From the NCBI GenBank assembly GCA_965249175.1, contig OZ252227.1:6128043-6192042 (forward strand): a stretch of 64,000 bases of DNA. The letters run 5' to 3'. This DNA is from Vicinamibacterales bacterium. Its GTDB lineage: Bacteria > Acidobacteriota > Vicinamibacteria > Vicinamibacterales > UBA8438. Position numbers and translations under genes: made by a program. Shown piece after piece: positions 55,419 through 64,000 of the stretch. Each line of letters opens with the position of its first letter. Positions within the stretch are counted from its first letter, which is position 1. Under the pieces are notes generated by a model. It saw only the letters and a program-made list of their open reading frames with translations. It was not told the DNA's origin and did not search any database.

Positions 55419-56351
55419 ATGCGGCCGTTACGCGCTGGAGTGATCGCCGTCGTCGTGCTGGCGTTGTCGGGCGTCGCGGTGGCGATGCGGGCCGGCATTC
55501 CGCTTGCCGATGGGTGGCGGACGCTCAGCGCGCGGGTGTTGGGGTCAGTCGCGTCGGTGTCGGCGACCGGCGCCCTCCTTGCCGCCGCCGCGGGTGGCCT
55601 AAGTGGCGCCCCCGAGCCCGGGCAGCGGTCGCAGCAAGGCGGCTTCGACCCACGCCAGTTGCTCGATCGCGGCCGCCGGACACTCGAGAGCCCGGCCGGC
55701 CCCCACGAGTTCTATTTCACTCGCGCCATCTACCGCAGCAGCGGCTGGCGGGGGCAACCGTGGGCCGTTGACTTTCCGAAATCCGACCGGCAGTTCATGA
55801 CGATCGTCAACCGTTTGATCGAAATCGACGCCTCCGAGCGGGAGAACGCGATTCGGCTCGACGACCCCAACATCCGGAAGTACCCGTTTCTCTACGCGCT
55901 CGAAGTGGGTGACATCGCACTCAGTCCACCAGAGGTCGAGGGTCTCCGCAACTACCTGCTCGCGGGTGGCTTTCTCGTCATTGACGACTTCTGGGGTTCG
56001 TGGCAGTGGTCGACGTTTGAACAGCAGATCCGGCGCGTCTTTCCTGAGTACCCGATTATCGATATACCGCTCGACCATCCGATCTTCAACACCGTCTATA
56101 AGATTGAGGAGATTATTCAGGTCCCGGCCATCAACAACCACTATCGCGGCCGGACATGGGAATATGACGGGTACACGCCGCACACACGCGGTATCTTCGA
56201 CGAGCAGGGGCGTCTGATGGTCATGATCAACTGGAACACGGACCTCGGCGATGCGTGGGAATGGGCCGAGCGCCCCGAGTACCCGCTCAAGTATTCGACG
56301 TTCGCCGTGGAGATGGGCGTTAATTTCATTGTCTATGCGATGAGCCATTAG
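55419..56351 (+). CDS. DUF4159 domain protein (paralogue 1)
   Basis: YPFLYALEVGDIALSPPEVEGLRNYLLAGGFLVIDDFWG...NWNTDLGDAWEW...GVNFIVYAMSH. Confidence 0.8.
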   Translation: MRPLRAGVIAVVVLALSGVAVAMRAGIPLADGWRTLSARVLGSVASVSATGALLAAAAGGLSGAPEPGQRSQQGGFDPRQLLDRGRRTLESPAGPHEFYFTRAIYRSSGWRGQPWAVDFPKSDRQFMTIVNRLIEIDASERENAIRLDDPNIRKYPFLYALEVGDIALSPPEVEGLRNYLLAGGFLVIDDFWGSWQWSTFEQQIRRVFPEYPIIDIPLDHPIFNTVYKIEEIIQVPAINNHYRGRTWEYDGYTPHTRGIFDEQGRLMVMINWNTDLGDAWEWAERPEYPLKYSTFAVEMGVNFIVYAMSH

Positions 56352-56470
56352 GCAGCGATGCGCCAGCGCTCAGGGAACCCGCACCCTGGATCCTGGACGC
56401 GGCAGAACTCCCGCTGGACCCCTGGCCCCGGACCCCGATACGCTGAAGCCTGAACCCGATTCTCGAGACC

Positions 56471-58750
56471 ATGTTTGACGCGCTCTTCGAGTTCCTCTTC
56501 AAGTATCGCCCGCTGATCTACGAGCAGGGGGATGTGGCGTTTCGCGCGTCGTGGGCCGGTGCGCTCGCCGTGGTGGCCGCGGTGGCGGCAGGCGCGCTGA
56601 CGTTCCGCACCTACGCGCAGGTCCGGGGGAACAGCCAACCGCTCGATCGCAGCGTCCTCACCGCGGTCAGGCTGGCCGCACTCGCGGTGCTCGTCCTCTG
56701 CCTGATGCAGCCGGTGCTCGTGCTCTCCTCGGTCGTGCCACAGCAGAATTTCCTCGGCGTGCTGGTCGACGATTCACGCAGCATGCAGATTGCGGACCGT
56801 GACGAGACAGCGCGGCGGCAGTTCGTCGAGGACCACTTCGCGGCCGAGACGGGTGACCTCCGAGCCGCGCTGTCCGATCGGTTCGCGCTGCGCTTCTTCG
56901 GTTTCTCGACGGAAACGGATCGGCTCGACGACATCAGCGAGCTGGCCTACGCCGGCACACGCACGCATCTCGGGCAGGCGCTCGAGCGCGCACACGACGA
57001 GCTCTCCGGCGTGCCGCTGTCGGGTCTGGTCGTCGTGACCGACGGCGCCGACAACGCCGACACCGGTCTGGCCGAGTCGTTGCTCCCGATCCAGGCCGCG
57101 GGGGTCCCGGTGTTCACAGTCGGTCTCGGTCGGGAGGAATTCGACCGGGACATCCAGCTCAGCCGGGTCGAGACGCCCCGTCGCGTCCTCAGGGGCGCGG
57201 CGCTGGTCGTCGACTGTGTCATCACGCACCGCGGGTATCGAGGTGAGACGGTGACCGTCCAGGTCGAGGACGAGGGCCGCATCGTGGGCACCGAGGACGT
57301 CGAGCTGCCTGGCGACGGCGAGCCGAGGACGGTACGGATGCGGTTCACCGCCAATGAAGAGGGCCCGCGCCTGTTCAGCTTCCGCGTGTCGCCGCAGCCG
57401 GGCGAGATGGTCACCCAGAACAACGTGCGGAACGCGTTGATCCTCGTCGAAGATCGAAGCGAGAAGATCCTGTATTTCGAGGGTGAGCCGCGGTTCGAGG
57501 TGAAGTTCCTGCGACGCGCGGTGGCCGACGACGAGAATCTGCACGTCTCGATCCTGCAACGCACGGCGGAGAACAAGTTCATGCGCCTCGACGTCGAGGA
57601 CGCAGATGATCTCGTCGGCGGCTTTCCGACGACTCGAGCGGAGCTGTTCAGCTACAGCGGCCTCGTGCTCGGCAGCATCGAAGCCAGCCACTTCACCCCC
57701 GACCAGCTCCGCATGATTGCCGACTTCGTCAACCATCGCGGTGGCGGGCTGCTCATGCTGGGCAGCCAGCGGTCGTTCGCCGAAGGTGGATATGCGGGAA
57801 CGCCGGTCGCCGATGTCCTGCCGGTCGTGCTCGACGACGAGCGCGCCGACAGCGAGGAGGACTTCTTCGTCGAGGTCAACGTCGAAACCACACGCGCCGG
57901 AGCGACCCACGCCGCCACGCAGATTGCCGACACGGAGGAGCTGTCGGTCGATCGCTGGCGCGAGCTGCCGCCCATCACCGTCGTCAACCCGATCACCGAG
58001 GTCAAGCCGGGTGCGACGACGCTGTTGACCAGCCCGGATGAGGAGCTCGTGGTTCTCGCGTTCCAGCGCTACGGGGCCGGCAAGTCGCTCGCGTTCCCCG
58101 TGCAGGACTCGTGGATGTGGCAGATGCACGCCGACATTGCCGTCGACGACATGACGCACGAGACGTTCTGGCGCCGGCTCTTGCGGTGGCTCGTGGATGG
58201 GGTGCCCGACCAGGTCACGACCGATCTGCCGCAGGATCGCGTCGAGACGGACGAGCTGGTCACGGTGCTGGCGGCGGTCGGCGACGCGAATTTCGAGGAG
58301 CTCAACAACAGCGCCGTGACGGCTGTGGTGACGCACCCGAACGGTGACTTCACCGATCTCTCGATGGAGTGGACGGCGGAGCGGGACGGCGAGTACCGGT
58401 CCAGCTTCACGCCGAGCGAGGAGGGTTTCTACGAGATCCACGTCGAGGCGATGGCCGGCGATGAGGTGATCGGCGAGGACGTGACGTTCGTGCAGGTGGC
58501 TCCGAGCGACGCCGAGTACTACGACTCAACGATGCGGGCGCCGCTCCTGGAACGGATCGCCGAGGATACCGGGGGACGGTTCTACACGCCGGAGACCGTG
58601 TCGTCGCTCCCCGAGGACATTCAGTATGTCGGGCGCGGTGTGACCGTGGTCGAGGAGCGCGACCTCTGGGACATGCCGGCGCTCATGTTGTTGCTCGCCA
58701 CGCTCGTCCTGGGCGAGTGGGGGTATCGGCGGTTCCGGGGGCTCGCGTGA
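56471..58750 (+). CDS. Membrane protein with a VWA-like domain and a glutamine-amidotransferase-like domain
   Basis: Three N-terminal TMs. LGVLVDDSRSMQ ... VVVTDGADN (VWA/MIDAS-like). ILYFEGEPRFEVKFLRR ... GGGLLMLGSQRSF (GATase1-like fold). C-terminal TM. Confidence 0.7.
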   Translation: MFDALFEFLFKYRPLIYEQGDVAFRASWAGALAVVAAVAAGALTFRTYAQVRGNSQPLDRSVLTAVRLAALAVLVLCLMQPVLVLSSVVPQQNFLGVLVDDSRSMQIADRDETARRQFVEDHFAAETGDLRAALSDRFALRFFGFSTETDRLDDISELAYAGTRTHLGQALERAHDELSGVPLSGLVVVTDGADNADTGLAESLLPIQAAGVPVFTVGLGREEFDRDIQLSRVETPRRVLRGAALVVDCVITHRGYRGETVTVQVEDEGRIVGTEDVELPGDGEPRTVRMRFTANEEGPRLFSFRVSPQPGEMVTQNNVRNALILVEDRSEKILYFEGEPRFEVKFLRRAVADDENLHVSILQRTAENKFMRLDVEDADDLVGGFPTTRAELFSYSGLVLGSIEASHFTPDQLRMIADFVNHRGGGLLMLGSQRSFAEGGYAGTPVADVLPVVLDDERADSEEDFFVEVNVETTRAGATHAATQIADTEELSVDRWRELPPITVVNPITEVKPGATTLLTSPDEELVVLAFQRYGAGKSLAFPVQDSWMWQMHADIAVDDMTHETFWRRLLRWLVDGVPDQVTTDLPQDRVETDELVTVLAAVGDANFEELNNSAVTAVVTHPNGDFTDLSMEWTAERDGEYRSSFTPSEEGFYEIHVEAMAGDEVIGEDVTFVQVAPSDAEYYDSTMRAPLLERIAEDTGGRFYTPETVSSLPEDIQYVGRGVTVVEERDLWDMPALMLLLATLVLGEWGYRRFRGLA

Positions 58751-59784
58751 GCGCGATCCGCCTCCGTTCCCTGCTCCTCGCGGCGTGGCTTGTCGCGGTG
58801 CCCGCCGGCGCATCTGCCCAGCAGCAGACCCACTTGCTGGTCGTCACCGGACTTGGTGGCGACCCGGCCTTTACCGAGCAGTTTCACGGGTGGGCCACCA
58901 CACTGATCAACGCGGCCGAGACTCGCTACGACGTCCCCAGCGACAACATCACGTATCTCGGTGAGGATCCGGATCTCGACCCGGCGACCGTTGCCGACCG
59001 GTCGACGCGGGAAAACGTCGGTACCGCCGTGGACGGCATCGCCGCGCGCGCGGCCCCGGGAGACCAGATCATCATTGTGATCTTCGGGCACGGCAGCTTC
59101 ACCGATACCGCGCGCGTCAACTTGCCGGGACGTGACCTGTCGGCCGACGACTTCGCCGAGCTGCTCGAACGCCTGCGCGGTCAGCATGTCGCCTTCATCA
59201 ACACGGCGAGCGCGAGTGGGCCCTTCGTCGAGAAGCTCTCCGGCGCGGATCGGACGGTGGTCACCGCCACGCGGTCCGGTGGCGAACAAAACGCGTCGGT
59301 GTTCGGCGGATTCTTCGTCGAAGCGTTCGCCGAGGGCGAAGACGACGCCGATGCGAACAAGGACCGACGTGTGTCGGTCCTCGAGGCGTTCACGTACGCG
59401 CGGCTCAAGGTCGAGCAGGCGTATGAGGCGGAAGGGAAGCTCCTGACCGAGCACGCGTTGCTCGATGACAACGGGGACGGTGAAGGGACGGCGGAACCCG
59501 ATCCGTTGGCTGGTGACGGCATGATTGCGCGGACGCTGTTCTTGACGTCCGGCGAGTCGACCGCGCTCGCCGAGATGGCGTTCCCGGACGACCCCGAGCT
59601 GCGCCCGCTCTACGACGAGCGCGCGTCGATCGAGGATCGCGTCGAGGCGCTGCGGGTCCTGAAGGACGGGACCGATCCAGAACGCTACGAGCAGGAGCTC
59701 GAGACCCTCCTCGTCGAGCTGGCGCTGAAGGGCCGCGAGATCCGTCAGCTCGAAGCGGCGCGCGGGGCGCCGCGTCCCCGGTGA
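58747..59784 (+). CDS. Secreted legumain/caspase-fold (clan CD, C13-like) protein with Ser at the catalytic Cys position
   Basis: GTG 58747 (GTGA overlap with the upstream stop). Signal LRSLLLAAWLVAVPAGASA. IIIVIFGHGSF (His-Gly) and AFINTASASGPF, aligned from memory to legumain FYIEACESGS. Confidence 0.55.
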   Translation: MSAIRLRSLLLAAWLVAVPAGASAQQQTHLLVVTGLGGDPAFTEQFHGWATTLINAAETRYDVPSDNITYLGEDPDLDPATVADRSTRENVGTAVDGIAARAAPGDQIIIVIFGHGSFTDTARVNLPGRDLSADDFAELLERLRGQHVAFINTASASGPFVEKLSGADRTVVTATRSGGEQNASVFGGFFVEAFAEGEDDADANKDRRVSVLEAFTYARLKVEQAYEAEGKLLTEHALLDDNGDGEGTAEPDPLAGDGMIARTLFLTSGESTALAEMAFPDDPELRPLYDERASIEDRVEALRVLKDGTDPERYEQELETLLVELALKGREIRQLEAARGAPRPR

Positions 59785-59787
59785 CCC

Positions 59788-60576
59788 ATGGCGTCTGTGA
59801 CCACGCTCAGGCGGGGGCGACGACGACGGGCCGGCGGGATGGTGGCCGGAGCGCTGGTACTGGCCGCGCTCGCGTGGTCCGTGGGGCCGGCGGGCGCGGA
59901 CGTGGCGCCGGGGAACGTGCCGTACGACGGCCGGCTGGTGTTCGTCCGGCTCCGCTACGACATGGCGCGGAGCCTGGCAGGCGGGTTCTTCCGGCAGGAC
60001 GTCAAGTGGGCGCACGACTACCCGCGTGCCGAGCGCAACCTGATGAAGATCCTCGAGGCGGTGACGCACGTGAATCCGTTCCAGGGGCCGAACGGCGGCA
60101 ACGTACTTGCCCTCGACGACCCGGAGCTTCACAAGTTCCCGTTCGCGTATATGTCCGAGCCGGGCTTCTGGTATCCGACCGACGCCGAGGTCCTCGGTCT
60201 CCGCAATTACATGCTCAAGGGCGGGTTCGTCGTCTTCGACGACTTCTGGGGCGACCACTGGCGCAACTTCGACGCACAGCTCCAGCGCGTCCTGCCCGGT
60301 GCCCGTCCGATCCCGATGGAGCTGGACCATCCGGTGTTCCAGTCGTTCTTCGACATCGACACGCTGGAGATGCCCGGGCCGTACGGCCCGCCGGTCGAGT
60401 TTCACGGTGTCTTCGAGGACAACGACCCATCGGGTCGTCTGATGGCGATCGTGAACTTCAACAACGACATCGGCGAATACTGGGAGTTCTCTAATACAGG
60501 CGTGTACTCGGTCGATCTGACGAACGAGGCCTATAAGTTCGGCGTGAGCTACGTGGTGTACGCATTGACGCATTAA
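59788..60576 (+). CDS. DUF4159 domain protein (paralogue 2)
   Basis: FPFAYMSEPGFWYPTDAEVLGLRNYMLKGGFVVFDDFWG...NFNNDIGEYWEF...GVSYVVYALTH. Confidence 0.8.
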   Translation: MASVTTLRRGRRRRAGGMVAGALVLAALAWSVGPAGADVAPGNVPYDGRLVFVRLRYDMARSLAGGFFRQDVKWAHDYPRAERNLMKILEAVTHVNPFQGPNGGNVLALDDPELHKFPFAYMSEPGFWYPTDAEVLGLRNYMLKGGFVVFDDFWGDHWRNFDAQLQRVLPGARPIPMELDHPVFQSFFDIDTLEMPGPYGPPVEFHGVFEDNDPSGRLMAIVNFNNDIGEYWEFSNTGVYSVDLTNEAYKFGVSYVVYALTH

Positions 60577-60629
60577 CGGGCCGGCGCCGCGGTTGCCCGC
60601 GCCAAGCCCAAAGCCCGAGGAGATTCGTT

Positions 60630-61684
<1,055 letters not shown>

Positions 61685-61688
<4 letters not shown>

Positions 61689-62602
61689 GCGACGCGACGC
61701 GATTCACGCCAGGCGGCGCGCGTTTCCTGGACCCCACGGTCCTCGCGCGCATCGGCACGCTCAATCTGCTGGCGCGGATCGTCGTGGACGGTTTCATCAA
61801 CGGTCTGCACAAGGCCCCTTATCTCGGCGTGTCGATTGATTTCGCCGAGCACCGGATGTACACCCCGGGCGACGACATTCGCTTCCTGGACTGGCGTGTG
61901 TTCGCCCGCACCGACCGCTATTACGTCAAGACGTTCGAGGCCGACACCAACTGCAACCTCTCGGTGCTCCTCGATGTCTCGCGCTCGATGAGCTTCAGGA
62001 GCAAGGGCATCACGAAGCTCGACTATGGGCGCTTCCTTGCGGCGTGCCTCTGCCACTTCTCGACGCAGCAACGCGATCGCGTCGGGCTGGTCACGTTCGA
62101 CAGCGAGGTCGTGGAACGCGTGCCGCCGTCGGCGAAACACCTCGAGGTGGTCCTGCACACGCTCGATCACGTGGACGCCGGCCGCCCGGGGAGCCTCGCC
62201 CGGCCGATGTTCCAGATGACGGAGTACTTCAAGCGCCGCGGCATTCTGGCGGTGATCTCGGACTTTTACGAAGAGCCCGAGAGCATCGTCGAAGCCATCA
62301 AGCCTCTTCGCTACGGCGGCAACGACGTCATCGTGTTTCACATTCTCGACCCGGCCGAGATCGAGTTTCCGTATGAGGACGCGACCAGCTTCCAGGACCT
62401 CGAGACGGGCCGCAAGATGCCGGTGGTGCCCGAGAAGCTCCGCGAGCAGTACCGCGCCCTCGTGCAGGAGCACATCGCGGCGATCTCGAAGCTCTGCTCG
62501 CAGAACCGCATTGACTACGCGCTCTTCAACACCGCCACGCCGCTGGACCACGCGCTGTTTAAATACCTGGCGACGCGGCACAAAATGAGCCGGACACGCT
62601 AA
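61685..62602 (+). CDS. DUF58 domain protein (MoxR partner)
   Basis: From ATG 61685 (ATGA overlap). GLHKAPYLGVSIDFAEHRMYTPGDDIRFLDWRVFARTDRYYVKTFE. Confidence 0.88.
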
Positions 62603-64000
62603 TGGGACTCTTGGCTCCGCTCTTCTTGCTCGGTCTGGCGGCGATCGCCGTGCCGGTCATCATCCACATGATCCAGCGCGAACGGAAGGAAGTCCTCGAG
62701 TTCCCCTCGCTGATGTTCGTGCGCAAGATCCCCTTCCACTCGTTCCGTCGTCAGCGCATTCGGCACTGGTTCTTGCTGCTGCTGCGGTGTGCGGCACTCG
62801 CGCTGCTGATGCTCGCCTTCGCTCGACCCTTTTTTCGGGCCGCAGCGCTGGCGGCCGTGACCGATGGGGCGCGCGAGGTGGTCATTCTCTTGGATCGCTC
62901 CTACAGCATGGGGTACGCCGACCGCTGGGATCGCGCCAAGGACGCGGCACGGGACGCGATCGACGGCCTGGCGGCGGACGACCGCGCGACCCTGATCCTT
63001 TTCGACAGCGGCGCCGAGGCGGGCCCGCGGTCGACCACCGATCGGGCGAGCCTGACTGGCCTTGTCAACAACGCGGAGCTCGGGGCAGGTGTGACGCGCT
63101 ACGGGCCTGCGTTGAAGCTGGCGGAGGGGATCTTCGACGGGTCCGATCTCCCGCGACTCGAGGCGGTGCTCATCACCGACTTCCAGCGCGTGGGGGTCGA
63201 AAGTGCGTCGGGGGTCCGTTTTCCCAGCGGGACGGTGCTCACGCCCATCGGTGTCGGTGGAGGTGACGAGGCAGAGGCCAATGTGAGCGTGGCGGGGGTG
63301 TTATTCAACCGCGAGTACTTCTCGGGACGAGAGCGGGTCGTGGTTGCGGCGCGCCTGACGAACCGGGGTGCGGCGACTGTCACCGGGCTCGACGTGGCGC
63401 TCGAGATGGACGGTCGCGAGGTCGAGACGCTGACAGCCGATCTCCCGCCCAACGGCTCGACGACGGTCGACTTTGCCGCGGTCACACTTGGTGACGCGCC
63501 GATGGCCGGCGCGGTCCGGACCGCGGCCGATGCCCTCCCGACCGATGACGTGTTCAACTTCGTCGTCACTCCGGGCCAGGTAGTCACGGTCCTGGTCGTG
63601 GGGAGCGGCCGCGCGTCGGCCGATGCCAACCTGTTTCTCACGCGGGCGCTCGGGATTGGCACCGCCCCGGCCTTCGACGTGCGCACGACGACGAACGACG
63701 GCTTCGGTGCGGCCGATCTCGAGGGGCGCCAGGTCGTCATCCTGAACGATGCACCGGCGCCGTCCGGGCAAACCGGCGCAGCCCTCGAAGCGTTTGTCGA
63801 GGGTGGCGGCGGCCTGCTCGTGGTCGCCGGCGAGCGGAGCGCGTGGCCGGCGGACGGTCCCGACCTGTTACCGGGCGTCGTCGGCAGCCCAGCGGACCGC
63901 GACGGGCGCGGCGGCAGCATCGGGTTCGTCGACTACTCGCACCCGGTCTTCGAGGTGTTTGCCGCCCCGCGCAGCGGCGACGTCACGACCGCGCGTTTCT
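62602..64000 (+). CDS. BatA-like N-terminal double-TM plus VWA-domain protein; 3' end lies outside the window
   Basis: My own translation from ATG 62602 (TAATG overlap): MGLLAPLFLLGLAAIAVPVIIHMI..., VVILLDRSYSMG, and ends ...FVDYSHPVFEVFAAPRSGDVTTARF, still open at 64000. Not in the ORF track because it has no stop. Confidence 0.8.
   Translation, partial: MGLLAPLFLLGLAAIAVPVIIHMIQRERKEVLEFPSLMFVRKIPFHSFRRQRIRHWFLLLLRCAALALLMLAFARPFFRAAALAAVTDGAREVVILLDRSYSMGYADRWDRAKDAARDAIDGLAADDRATLILFDSGAEAGPRSTTDRASLTGLVNNAELGAGVTRYGPALKLAEGIFDGSDLPRLEAVLITDFQRVGVESASGVRFPSGTVLTPIGVGGGDEAEANVSVAGVLFNREYFSGRERVVVAARLTNRGAATVTGLDVALEMDGREVETLTADLPPNGSTTVDFAAVTLGDAPMAGAVRTAADALPTDDVFNFVVTPGQVVTVLVVGSGRASADANLFLTRALGIGTAPAFDVRTTTNDGFGAADLEGRQVVILNDAPAPSGQTGAALEAFVEGGGGLLVVAGERSAWPADGPDLLPGVVGSPADRDGRGGSIGFVDYSHPVFEVFAAPRSGDVTTARF

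Overview
High-GC, densely coding bacterial chromosome segment. All family calls rest on motifs I recognise by eye; no searches were run. An ADOP-type duplicated FtsX permease, MacB-type exporters, PD40 proteins and a DUF4159/MoxR/DUF58/BatA cluster suggest an Acidobacteriota-like soil bacterium (inference). Left to right: a partial ADOP permease; a PQQ dehydrogenase; two amidohydrolase paralogues, one frameshifted; a UPF0182 membrane protein; a peroxiredoxin; an FNR-like gene followed by a MacA/MacB-type exporter operon; a Cys-rich protein; a glutaredoxin-like protein disulfide oxidoreductase interrupted by an in-frame TGA; an M61 peptidase; a CopA-type P1B ATPase; an FAD-linked oxidase; and a DsbA-like protein. 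Next come an intact ISL3 insertion sequence with an 8-bp target duplication; a haem-copper oxidase cluster (I-III-IV, two small ORFs, II); a TVP38/DedA-like protein; a sodium:solute symporter; sufBCDSU plus a DUF59 gene; a GGDEF protein; thrB; a PspC protein; and a PD40 protein. The right part holds a WYL regulator divergent from a small Zn-ribbon ORF plus addB-addA; a 42-bp tandem array; a glutaminyl cyclase; an OMP plus Gly/Tyr-rich secreted protein pair; and a seven-gene MoxR/DUF58/VWA/DUF4159 cluster running off the right edge. The most interesting items are: (1) the TGA at 16288 sits at the first Cys of the CxxC motif and is followed by a SECIS-like hairpin, so this is a candidate selenoprotein; (2) the PafBC-like WYL regulator with a mycobacterial-type TGTCR-N11-TAnnnT promoter, within a 10-bp inverted repeat, in front of a leaderless small ORF and addBA; (3) the Bat-like cluster, which contains a legumain-like protein whose catalytic Cys is Ser; (4) the structured repeats (an 87-bp element, a REP hairpin family, and the 42-bp x5 array). 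No tRNA, rRNA or CRISPR array was seen. Many long ORFs in the track are antisense shadows typical of high-GC DNA.
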